Source of the DNA: Iphione sp. A-MEVVRFRX5
Taxonomy: Eukaryota
Reading direction: 5' to 3'
Length of the DNA: 64,000 bases
Assembly: GCA_976226885.1 (NCBI GenBank)
Contig: OZ320314.1
Coordinates: 67,208,001-67,272,000 of the forward strand
Part shown: in pieces, positions 1-11,870 of the stretch
How the letters are laid out: each line of letters opens with the position of its first letter
How positions within the stretch are numbered: the first letter of the stretch is position 1
Notes under the pieces: generated by a model
Databases searched by the model: none
What the model was told of the DNA's origin: nothing
Seen by the model: only the letters and a program-made list of their open reading frames with translations
Position numbers and translations under genes: made by a program

Positions 1-1506
1 CCCAAATTTCCAATAAACCGCTGTAAAAAGGTCCGATCCTCCTTGAGGAATGGAATGGAATCGAGATTTAGGTTTTAAAACATACAAGTAGAACTTTAAA
101 TGAGATAACAGAGGAATAAATGTGCGGAAAGAAGAGCCTTGGGTGGAAGAGATACATATAAAGAAAGAAATAGGGAGAAAAGAGAGAACGAGGTTGCAGA
201 TGTTGGGATGGCGCATGTGATCCCCTTGCCCTATCGTCAATGGATGGGGCGCCTGGTAAAGTGGGGATTACCCAACAAGATCCAGGCGCCCTTAACTGCT
301 TAAATCCACTGCAAATGGCCAGCCAACAAAGGCTCTGTCCCCTCGCGCTCAGCGTGTCTGATTTCTCCCTAATCGCGTTCAGACAGAGATACAAAGATAA
401 TTGCAAATACCTGCACCACTCTGCGCGAGAGGAATTTTGATGCAATACTTCATATTATAGACCGAAATAATTGATCTCTCCGTTTGTATGCGGCCGCGGG
501 CCAACGACCACCGGCTTCAATGGGAACGCCTCCGTAGAGATTGGCGGCCAAACGTATTGGATGTCGATGATTCTTGAAAGTGATGGCCGGCCTACAATGG
601 CAGCAATGCAATGCAGGCTTGTGAACACCAGGCAAACAACACTCGGCCAAAATAGTATGATTCAATTTCGGGCCGGACGCTAGAATGGTATTGGTTTTTT
701 CGCGATTGGGAAACAGTATGGGTACTTATATTAAACCATTTTTCTTTATGTACCAGCAAGAGAGCGGGCAAGACGCCTAGTCGTTTGGTATCACAAACCA
801 CTTTGGCCATCACATATATTTCAATTGCTGAGGCTCCTAGCTCAGCCGCTACTGACCGCTGCTGCGACAAGGTTGTCAGATTGTCTCCATTAATATTGAG
901 AGCTTTACGCAGACCCTATCCCGCGCACGCAGGCCTTACGGTTCCCTATCCGGAGCCTGGTCGCCATTATCCCTGTTCGACCTTGCCGCCCCCTCCACTC
1001 GGCCGAGTCAGCTTGCCCGCTGACCGCGAATGCAAGTCGGCCTGATCAAGGTCCCAGTAGGCAGCTAGCGACACCGGAGACACCCCACAAGCAGTATACA
1101 GGGGCCACGTATGACTCGTTCGCTATTGACTACACAGACTGATTCCGAACAGAGCAGTGTCTAGACGACATATCCTAGATGGTGATAGTTCATTGGCGGC
1201 AGGGGCGGATTTTACCTCTTGTTTTGACATCGATTTTATGGCCAGGTTCGGAGCTTTCGTGGGTCTAAAATATTGATCATAGCACGATTTTTACTGATCA
1301 TCAAATGTAGGCATCCGGTGACCAAGGCATCAGTTGGGCGCTTCACTCTTAACTACTCAGCTACGACCTCTTATCCCTGAGACATTACGAATGGATACCT
1401 AGGAGGACGCATATTGAAAATCTGCAACGCTATCTAACTTGTTGTTCAAGGGATGCCATAATTTGACCCTTTTTGCAGTGTGCACAGTAAGAGCGGTTTG
1501 TTGCAG

Positions 1507-1548
1507 GTCGCTATGTGTCGTCTACGAGTCATCTTGGCGACTGGGGTG
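1507..1548 (+). CDS. Possible 42-bp phase 1-1 micro-exon of the SUEL-CUB receptor gene ((G)RYVSSTSHLGDWG)
   Basis: Acceptor ttgttgcag ends at 1506 and donor GTG|gtaggc starts at 1549. A 76-bp intron would lead to the strong acceptor at 1624, and the phase is compatible. Alternative reading: unspliced ATG at 1513 (see findings). Confidence 0.35.
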
Positions 1549-1624
1549 GTAGGCATGCTGCCATTACTTACAGTCTCTACCATTACCCCCGCATCTGATC
1601 GATCCTCTTCTCCATTCCTCGCAG

Positions 1625-1915
1625 ATGAGGTGGTACACCAATACTGCCAGTGGGAGACCTTCAACGCTACCTGCCGCTCAGACGAGGTCATCATCGTCGA
1701 GTCGGCGCGCTACGGCCGAATGCAATTCGGGAGGTGTGTGCGCGAGGACCACGGCCACGTCGGCTGCTCGGCCGACGTTCTGTCTCATCTGGACCACAAG
1801 TGTTCGGGCCGCCATCAGTGCCTGCTGCACATCCCGGACGCCACACTGCAGAAGAACCACGCCTGCCCGAAAGAGATCATGTCCTACCTGGAGGCCGAAT
1901 ACAGCTGCATCAAGG
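1625..1915 (+). CDS. Receptor gene exon: SUEL (galactose/rhamnose-binding) lectin domain
   Basis: Acceptor tcctcttctccattcctcgcag|, donor AAG G|gtaggt. Translation YCQWETFNATCRSDEVIIVESARYGRMQFGRC...CSGRHQC...CPKEIMSYLEAEYSC has the SUEL Cys pattern and the A-x-YGR motif. Confidence 0.92.
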
Positions 1916-4900
1916 GTAGGTTCGCTTTCCTGATTATACCACTTGATCCGTGTGTGTTCTTTGATGCCTCTCCTAGGTTCCTTTAATGATCCACTCGGCG
2001 GGGTAACTATGTTTGAGGGAGGGGGGATTCGTGAGGTACCACCAATTATGGCTGGAACCACATCCGCCACTAAGTGGTCATGTTCTCCATGGCCAGGTAG
2101 ACGCAGAACGACCTATTACAGGGTCACAAATTACTGTAGGGAGCTTTGTATGGCATTTCTTTTTATGACGGAACATTGAACCAATCGAAAGCTACAACCA
2201 AAATTGATTAAACTGATTGAGATAGGGAGTTTTACTGGCATGCTAACACAAGCCACTTAAACGCTTATTCCGGAAAAATAAAAGGATTACATTTTAGGTT
2301 ATCATATATATATATCCCTACATATATTTTTATTTAAGCACAAAACTACTATGTATACGTATTTCTTGAGGCAGTTCAGCTCTCGGGAGCCTGTCTCAGA
2401 GAAAACAACTCTTCCCTTTACAAATCAGAGCATGATTATATGTATCCGTTTGTGTACAAAGTCAAGAGAATCCTTGTGTGCAAAACTCATATACGTTTCA
2501 ATATTAGAGGCAGGTATTTTCTCTCAGACGCGATTTCCTCCTCTTACAAACCAATTAAACATGCAGTAATTTAAGAAGATTATCCGTAAAACTGAGAGCT
2601 ACCGATATTAAAGCCCTGTGGCCCCTGCTATATCCGCGCCATCGGAAACTAACAAGGACACAAATTGGAATATATGACTAGAAAGCTTCACCACTCAGTA
2701 AATACATGGAATGAGGTGCACCACTGCTGATTAAAGGGGCGGGAGGATCATTTCAAGTGGGAAAGACGCTGACTGTTAAAAGGCAAATATTGGCTTCTTA
2801 AGATTATACCTGCTTGGCGATTGGAAACAGCGACGCTCACACTCTTTTCTTTAATCAGTTAGTGTCTGATGATAGCGAAAGCATTAGCTGCTTCCGCCCG
2901 CCCCCGACTTCACTCAGCTCAGTCATTCCCTGTCGCGCAAATACGGCCCCGGCCATAAAAAGCTTAATGTCACAGCTTACGTTTATCTTTAATTGCTCGA
3001 GCAATGTATTCAAAGCCCCTCCTCGAGGATGAATTGACACATAGATTATATTTGATTCGATTTAAAGCAAATGTCCGTGAAAATGAGCGATTCTCTCTTT
3101 CCCAAACGTATCAAATTATGTCATCCAGTTTGAGTGTAATTTTCTCCTGTCATTGTTTGCTATATGTGGTGTGGTGTGAACGTATTGTCGTTTGATGCTT
3201 AGATGAGTCCATGCTGTCCCGTGTAAACTCTTTCCCGAAGAAAACACAACCGGTGCCCGTCAGCGGCAAGGTGGATCCCATTTGATATGGCACTGGATCA
3301 AGCCAACAGACCTGGGGCCCTTCTCTTGCCTATGTAAACGTTGCATGTAGACAATGATTAGAGACACCAGCAGCACCCTCCGCGACAACTAGTCCCCAGG
3401 CCACCAGGGAGTTCGGGCTCTACGCCTGCCCGATAGCGGCCAGTCGAAAAGGCAGCTGCCGCTTTGTCTTCTCTCAAATTGTACGCTCCGTTCTGTGGGT
3501 GCAGTTCCAAGAATAACAGCCGGCGGGTAGAGGCAGGCCTTGCCATTGTTCGGCATGCTGTCTCTCACCTTTATTCGGGCCCGAGAACACATGCTGCCAA
3601 GCTTGACTAGGCTGTCTCATTTCAGTCGATGGAAACATTCTCGGCGCCCACATAAACTTCGGCTCTTTCCACGACATTAGTACCACGTCATGCGAACACA
3701 AAACAACACACCGTCCTAACAGCATATCATATGGTGTAAGAAATTCACATCATATTTAACCACAAAGGTGGTCTTATCTTTCTGGGCCTGTCGTTTAGAA
3801 GTATCTAACTGGTCTTATGGGAAACAGTTTTATTTTTTCGTGAGATTGATACAATGAAGTCAGGACCCTCCCTATCCGACTGATCTCGGGCCTCCAATCA
3901 GGTGGCGGGTGTGGTGTCAAGGACAACTACTTCCGATCAAATCAGACTTCAGGTAAGATGGAACGGCTGTCAGGTGCTGAACTACCAAAGCTAGCACGCC
4001 TTGCGCTACCACAGCGTCCTCTTTTTCATACAGTTGGGGTTTAGTGATGCTTACAAACATACGATAGTAACAGATATCTTATTATGTTCTCCCGGTGATA
4101 CGCGAGCAAAACATAAAAATGGATGGGACAATCGTCTGATAGGTGAATATCTTCATTCTACATATATTGCACACCAGAGCCAGTGCTCACTTGGATAACT
4201 CTAGCAAATAATACGAAATGATGTTTTTCCTCATTTCTACTATAAAATACTTTACGTCCACATCATATTTCCCATATTCCAAAAATCCAAAAAACGGTCA
4301 TGTCACATTGCGTAACGAAGCTTATTTTGCCATCAGTCATGACAAGCACCACGGAGGAGTCGGGGGATTCGGCTTTCCCTTTAGATATTGCCCTCATCGC
4401 CATGCATGACACTTATTGCTGCTCCGTAGGGGGAGTGTTTGTGGAGCTCAGTTCATATTTGTATACGCACTGTGACAAGACAAGTAGGGGACGGCCTCTC
4501 TCATCTGTGTAGATTGTGATTAATTCTCGATTCAATCCTTTATCATGACACAGGAATTCATTCGCTCTCTTATTTCCGGACGGCCGTCCGCGACTGCTTG
4601 TTCCGGCTCTTTCGGATGATTATATCAACATTCGGGTTAATGCTGCTCATCCATGGCGTATTTCTACAAACATGCCATCACGTTTGCCATTCTCGCCCCA
4701 TTCCAAACAGGATGACACAGTATATCATTCTCAGGTCATATAGAATTTATGAATGTTAATTTGAGGGCATACAAATAGCCAGAATATACGGGAAAGAAAT
4801 AGCGTATACTAGATGTATATTATCAGCCTGTGCAGGCCATCTAATTTATGTTTATAAGCGCGGTACGTAGGAGACAGTGGACGACCTGGTCAAACACAGG

Positions 4901-5189
4901 ACCACGATCCCATTGTACACAACAATAACACGACCAAAATGACAAACAGCAATGGGACCTGGCATGTAAGTAATATGCATGCTTTTGAGAGACAGCTGTA
5001 TTTCTCTACTCGAAGAAGCAAACCAAAAGTTTCTTCACTTGTGCCACTACATACTACATGCTCTGTATCCACGAAAGGCGATCATTATTATGTCACCCCG
5101 TCATTATCCGGCTCTGATCCAGAATTATTGAAGGTACACCCATCGCACCTTTGAATATAACGATAATGAGCTCGACAGCTGTGTTGTCT

Positions 5190-5250
5190 TGATGATGATG
5201 ATAATAATAATACATGTAATAATAAAATAATAATGATAATAATAATAATA
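5190..5250. repeat. (GAT)n/(AAT)n microsatellite
   Basis: tgatgatgatgataataataa...aataataataataa. Confidence 0.9.
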
Positions 5251-7403
5251 AACGCAATGTGTGCTAGGCTACACTTTCTGCTGCAGTGACATCGCGTTTG
5301 GGAAATAATGACCAGTAGTATGTGGGTGCGGGGCGTCACCCTGAAAACCGACCCGTTACTCTTAAAGTAGTGACATCTCAATCAGATCTTGAATGTTTGC
5401 CCGGCCCATTCCGACATGAGGTTAAAAACGCGAGCGTCTTGGAATCAGGGTGTTTTAAATATTACCTGGCGCATATGCTATACTTGGCATGCTTCCGTGT
5501 CTAACACCGCTCGCTTACGGCACTAAATATATATTCGCCTTCTATATTTCCCTAGACGGCGACAGATATGGAGAGTTCCTGAGGGAAGACTTGGCACCTC
5601 ATCATGCGAAGGTCAACGCCGGCGGCGTGAAGCAGCTGGGTTCTGGGCAGTAACTTATTTAGACGACAGAGGCGCCCCCAAGATGACGTCGCAGTGGCCA
5701 TCGGTTGTCATGCGCCTTATCATACGCCGCCTCATTCTGGGATGTTTCAACACCGTTCACTATTAAGGCAGTTTACTTGGAGCAAAGTGGGTTCGGAACT
5801 ATACATTTATAGCACGGGCAACACATAGGACAGCATGGAGACATTCAGAAAAAATGGCACTGCTCTGGGATTACAAAATTCGTTTGTTGTGTGAAAGGAC
5901 TTCCATTGGAGTCATGATCATAGATTTCATCGGAGAGAGTACATTAGTATATTAACCAGAGGAAGAGAGGCATTCCAATATTATTTATGGACGTTATCGA
6001 CTGCAGAATCTGAAATAGTGCCAAATCTTTCGGAAACCAGATTGTTTCTGATAAAAGGGCCCACCGGGCGACAGCGAAATATTACTGCGTGACTTGTAAA
6101 AAATCGATATATTTTTTTGTTTTGATGCAGGAATAAAACACACTATCAATGGGCAGATATAAAGGCAATACAATGTTTTACTTTTACCTACTTGAGACGA
6201 TAGTGTAAAAGAAAGAAAGACCCTCGAAAAATGGGGATCATACGGAAGATCATCTAGGCTAGCCAGATCTTATGAAGCAACAGAACTGTATGATCAAACA
6301 GATCTAGGGGACAATTTCTATGAATAAATACCAAGAAAACAAACACTGTTTTCCAAAGAAAACACCAAAATCTGTAAATTATTGCAGTCTATGCCGCAAT
6401 GCATGTCTGTGGAGCCTCAGGACAGAACATATTTTACCCACATTACCCTCTCATAGACCTTATTCGGCGCTATTTGTTATCGTGTCTGTATATAAAAGAA
6501 GCCCGACCCTTGTTCTAGGGGGAACAGTTACCAAAGCAGATTAACATATCGATAACTGCGGAGATGGCGGCAAGCAGCTGATGAAGCGCCGCCCTGTGGC
6601 TGTGTCTAGAATGAGGCAGTATGCCGTCTACTAATGGCCAATCATTGCCGCTTTGCGTTCGGATCGCCATTAACCGGTCATTAATGAAACAGTAATCGTC
6701 ATGCACAGTTACACGCTAATACAACAACCGATCAGCTTATTTGCTATCGCCCCTTCTTCCAATCGGAGCACAGTTTGTTTTACTGGGCTATTGTATAAAA
6801 CAAAGTGAATAGTATTAGTTCTGTTTAATGTTGGGCTTAAGTCTTTTCTTAATGGGCTCCGTGCTCAAGGAATGTGAAGATTAGATTGATGGGGATTTCT
6901 ATTAGCTGATAAGGTTTGAATGCTAGCTTGTGGCGGTGAGCTTCACAATAGTTTGCCGACAATTGGCCTTCCACAAAAATCACTTGACATGGACAGTTGA
7001 TACGGATGGGCTGTTATCATTCGAAAGATTTTTGAGACATCTTGACATCAATGACGTACGTCTCTTTGTAAGATTAATCTTTCTAATGTTACATGCATTG
7101 TAAATATTAAGACAGGTGTTCAGTTCATCCTTTTCGTCCGCTCGTGTGGTATCATTAATGGATGCTCTCTGTATTTTTCTGTGTTACTTTTATCATCTCG
7201 TAGTTCTCCTGACAGGTTTTCAAATATAATGCCATACCTCTACACTTATTCACCAATCTGTTTTGTTTCTAGATCTCATCTCCCGATGTGAATATGCTAC
7301 CACGTAGACAAGCAGGGCTTCATAAGGTGACGAGATCAAGGAAAGAAATGTTGGTTATTGAAGGTGGGCATTGTTGAATGAAAAGCCTCTTATTTTTTTG
7401 CAG

Positions 7404-7793
7404 TGGCCACCAACAAGGACCAGGTGTGCAGCAAGTCGCAGCCAGTCGAAATTGAGTCGAGTCTGGGCTATCTGTCCAGTGTGGTAGCCGACACTACAGG
7501 ATTCGGCCTGGCAGACTGCCCTTGGCTTTTGAAGGTCAGCCCAGGGCGAAGCGTCAAACTAACACTCATTAACTTCGCCTTCTCTGGCCCAGGCCCAGGA
7601 GCGCTCGGTGGCACTGGAGTCTGCGAGACGTACATGATTATTAAGGAGACTCAACGGACCAAAAACATCACCGTGTGTAAAGGCGATAATCGTAAACAGG
7701 AGATATACGTATCTGAATCCAATTCCGTCCAGGTGCACATCTTGCCGACTAGAGGGACCCAGTATTCACGCAAGTTTGTGCTCAAGTATGAAG
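7404..7793 (+). CDS. Receptor gene exon: CUB(-like) domain
   Basis: Acceptor tatttttttgcag|, donor GAA G|gtgagt, phase 1-1. Translation contains GYLSS...DCPWLLKVSPGRSVKLTLINF...VC...SESNSVQVH...FVLKYE, which fits the CUB consensus (C-x-W-x-I/L, L-x-F, F-x-L-x-Y). Confidence 0.9.
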
Positions 7794-8999
7794 GTGAGTA
7801 TTCATGTTTCACCACTTTTGTGTACCAAATATGCCTCCGTTTTATTTTTCACATCAAAGATGTCTGTGGACATCTCACGCAACAATAGCTCATTTACTCA
7901 GCGAACGTGCATTTGTGTGTTTGGGGATGGGTGTTGGGGTGTGTGTGTATGTGTGTTAGTGTTTGTAGAAGAGGGGAGAGGGATGGCCGTGCTAGGCTGG
8001 CGATGGCACGACGCTATGCGCTTTCTTATTATAAGAGAGGACCTCCTAAGAAGATAATCGATTATACAGGCGGGCTTTTGTAAGGACAGCGCGGCCCGCC
8101 ATGTAAATCCTCGCCTCAATAGATCACCATGAGGCTGGCGGCCAGGTGTCATTTCGGGGATCCTGCAGCCTGCACTTGCCCCAAGCGAAGCCCCGTAGCC
8201 CCTCTGGCCTTGACGTTGCCGCCCGACCAACCATGAACCCGCATCCATTCACGCCTGATTAATGAACATCTCACTCCAGCGACGCCTTGACTAAGGCTTG
8301 CCTACCGCCAACAACACTCTATCTCCCATACCAGCTTCACAGGACCCACCGACGCCTTGCCACTAGCCTTGTCAGGACTGCCTCTTTTATGTTGTCGTTG
8401 GCTTCTTGTCACAGGTCCCACCCTTGTCTGGGGGTCTGCTGCAGTTTACAGTCTGGACGGAATGCATGTTTATGAGTGTAGCGGATTGTGAACATTCTCA
8501 ATAAGTTCACTGGGCCACATGATCTAGTCGTTACTGAAACTAGCGGCACCAATGATGGGACTTGTATATCATACGTTAGTTGTACAGGCCAAGACGTATA
8601 GAACAGAAACGTGACAGTTTAATATCACAGACGCCACCATGGTGCCCCTGGCTTGCGACTGTTGCCTTTTTCTAAAATTGCCCCCCCCCTTGAGCAGACT
8701 AGGCGACACTACCTATAAGGTGAGTTGGAGGTATAGCGTCATATTCCAGATTAGACCATTGTGTGGGGCACACCTGAGGATCAGAAAAGCTACGTACACA
8801 GAGACACTATCTTTCGTGTGCTCTAGAGATAAAGCATAGAGAATGAACACGGAGAAAAGCGTCCACTTGCATCTTGGAACTGTTTATAGTTCCACCCTCT
8901 TCTATTTGTAGTCATTTTGAATTTTCCCCATTCTTAACTGCCTAGAGCACAATCAGACCCCTTTAACCTCTGATACATATCAGGTCCCCCAGAACCATC

Positions 9000-9650
9000 C
9001 GTTCCGGATCGTTTCTTTAATGCCACTGCCCACGCTTTCTATTGGTAGGATGGCCAGCCGTGCGATACGGCGAGACAAACTCCTCACCGCAGGCAGTGGT
9101 TTGCTGGGAGAAGAAGCGCCCTCTTGGGTGGTTGGGGGACTCTTGCTAAACTTGCTCGGAGAAGCTGCTGGGGGTGAATGGCTACAGTGGCTGGTTCCCA
9201 ACATGGCCCATCGCCTTTCCTGACTAGGCTACACTGGGTTTGCAGCTGTGAGGACAGGTCCACGGGCCTGATTGTCCTGATCTCCAGGGTTTTGGGCCGG
9301 CTTTCGGCCCTCGCTGTTCGTCTCACCCGACCGCAATGTGGGATTAGTTGAGATGGTGTTGGTATTTTCTAGGTTTTACCTCAAGGGAAGGGTACATTGC
9401 ATTACGTAGTCACTCACACACTCATGGGCAAGTGTCCGTCCATTATTCACTTGATGGCCGACGCCCCCACCGCCACATAGCTAACCGCTACAGGGGAGGT
9501 AATCATCGATCGGAGGTAGATCGGAAGCCAGGCTCTCACCCTCAGCTGAGGAGCTCCCTACCGGGCCGGCGGTGTGACACAGGCAAGACAGAGCGCTGCT
9601 ATAAATCAGGCGGAGGCAGCGTGGCAAGGGGTCTTGGGGCGGAGAAAGGA
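9000..9650 (-). pseudogene. Highly eroded LINE apurinic endonuclease fragment
   Basis: Collinear degenerate motifs on the minus strand: PIDDY...GGGGVGHQV (cf. I.GY..DR..GGGVA.YV), IRTIRP (cf. IYRPP), KGDGPCW (cf. GDFN..W). Confidence 0.35.
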
Positions 9651-11379
9651 GGCAAAGCCATAGCGACGCTACACGGTTAACGGGGGCCGGGAACCAGCGT
9701 GCCAACGGCTCTTCGGGGTAGGAAATGGCGGGTAGGACGGGGCCGTCAGGGGGTGAGAACAGGGAGTCAGATTGACTACACGGTTATAGGCTAGTTCTTT
9801 GATGCGCAGATGGCAGGCGTTCTTCAAGTGCAACGTCACCAGCGGCGAAGGGTCAGCAGCACGTCTGATAGATTCCACATTGAAGGCTAGAAGCGCAGAG
9901 TCGGTCCGAGTCCGAGGTTATTGCATGGCCACAATGTCTGCCACGCACGCTATCTCGGTCTAACATTGGTACATCATCTAACAAGAGCCACAGGCGTAGG
10001 AGTGAGAAATGCAGAATTGTCTTACTTCAGTGTTACATTTTCACTGCTTTTATTCTCTGTAACTTGTGCCACTTAAAAAGCACATTCTAACACATACGCA
10101 CGCGAATAAAGTGTCTTCGAAAGTGATACTGGTCTAGACTCCAGGACGCGACAGCCATCTTTACACTCTTCTGTTGACGTATCCCCACACCCGTCATTCG
10201 CTTTAACCATGGAGGATATATATCTTAGTCAGAAACGGATATTAAAATAAAAGCTAAATGCGCTATCCGAAGCAATATGGCTGTAATTGCGGGTGGGCAT
10301 TTATATCATCATTATTCATTGATGTGGCGGCAGAGTCCTCCGGGCAATCGCTATTAGTTTAGCTCGCTTCCGTGGATTCCGCGTCAGGTTATCTGCCATC
10401 TTCCTTGGAGCCAAAAAAAGACTGAAATTGGCAATAAGTTAGATCAGAACGTCGAATCATATTATTGTTGATTTGGACGTAGATGGGAATGTGACGTGCC
10501 AGGCGAGACATGTTCGTAGCACCCAAAATTAGTCAGCCATAAACTTTACAAAGTCAGTCATCAATCACGCTCGAAACAACAGTCCTGCTGGCATTCACCA
10601 TTATTAAATTACACTCAATTGCTGCCGTCCCATTTCTCTCTAACGTTGGAGACGAAATTGGAAGACAGTCATGGTGGGCAGATTTTAGCGGCCTTTCAAG
10701 GCTTTGATGTGTGAGCACTTCCGTGGATTCGACACGCCGCCGCGATGAAATTATATTTGTGCTCGTCCGGTTCGGATCGGGAAGATTGCGTTCCAGAGAG
10801 GAAGGAATTTGATGTTTCTCTCTGGGACGTTTTTGTCCATGGTGAATGAGCTGTGGTTGGACGAGTATTAATGCGTTTGCAGCTGTGTGGTGTACCATGA
10901 TCGTTGCATGTAGCGTGCATTTACAGATTACTGGTCTGTCGGTTTGTGTGTCTGCGTGTGTGAGTGCCACTGAGGCTTTTTGTGTGTGAAGGTATGCCCC
11001 GTGGGACGAAAATAATATATGGCGAGCAGACGTTGCTCTGTCTAGACACAGAACGTAACAAATGCGTTCATCCAGTGTATTTGTGCTGACTTGCATGGAA
11101 CACATTATGTGCAGTGAGTAGCCTACCTGTACAGAGGAAATTGACAGCTGCAGTAGGTACATATGTTTGTTTTCTGAAAGAAATGTTGCATGCATATGAT
11201 GAAACAAGAGCCCTTGTGTTTGCAGACTGGCGGTTGGATTATGTTTTTTTTTCAGCTTCAAACTACTGCACGCTGAATGATGACATGTATTTAGACAGCA
11301 TCATGGTACTGCCTTGGAGACATTGAAGCGTGTTACCCGCCCCCACATCACTCCCAGGATACCTTCCAGCCTCCCTTGG

Positions 11380-11870
11380 TGGTGAGACAGTGGAGCGGAC
11401 CCGCTTGGTTATCAGGTGTGACCACAGCGACGTCCCATCGTCGGCAAGGCCACAGGAGACTGTGAGAAGAGCCGACAAGCACTACCGCTTCACACAGTAT
11501 GACGTCCCTCTCACTCGAGGCCAACTCGACGTACTCTCTCGTCTTCTACCAGTGGCCAGCTGATCGCTTGCTGCCTATTCTTGTCCCATACATTACTTCA
11601 GTGGCGCCAGACGCTCCCCCCCCAACTGTTCTGTCTGTCCGGTCACCACTTGGCCCACCTCAGCTTGATACACAACGTGCACCGCCTTACCTCTCAACAC
11701 TTCAGTGTCTCCTATTTGACGCAGGCTGCTCCCGCGTCTCGCTTGTCGCAGTCTACCCGCCATCCCCACCCCCCACCCCTCCTAACCACCTTCCCACCTT
11801 CCCCCATCCCACGAGCTGCTCCTCCGTAACGAAGGTCAATAGCCTGGCGATGGTGGTTCCAACTGGTGGA
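11380..11870 (+). pseudogene. Possible eroded LINE endonuclease fragment
   Basis: LQCLLFDAGCSRVSLVAVYPP resembles the I/V-x-A-V-Y-R-P-P strand of LINE APE domains; C-rich strand. Other motifs are weak. Confidence 0.25.

Noticed and set aside
247-291. 10-bp inverted repeat gggcgcctgg/ccaggcgccc
   Set aside because: Short stem with a 25-nt loop; expected by chance in 64 kb.
1374-1383. TCCCTGAGAC match to the miR-125/lin-4 5' end
   Set aside because: Only 10 nt match, the remainder diverges and I see no hairpin.
10554-11261. 235-aa minus-strand ORF
   Set aside because: No motif; runs through simple GT-rich and poly-T sequence; likely chance.
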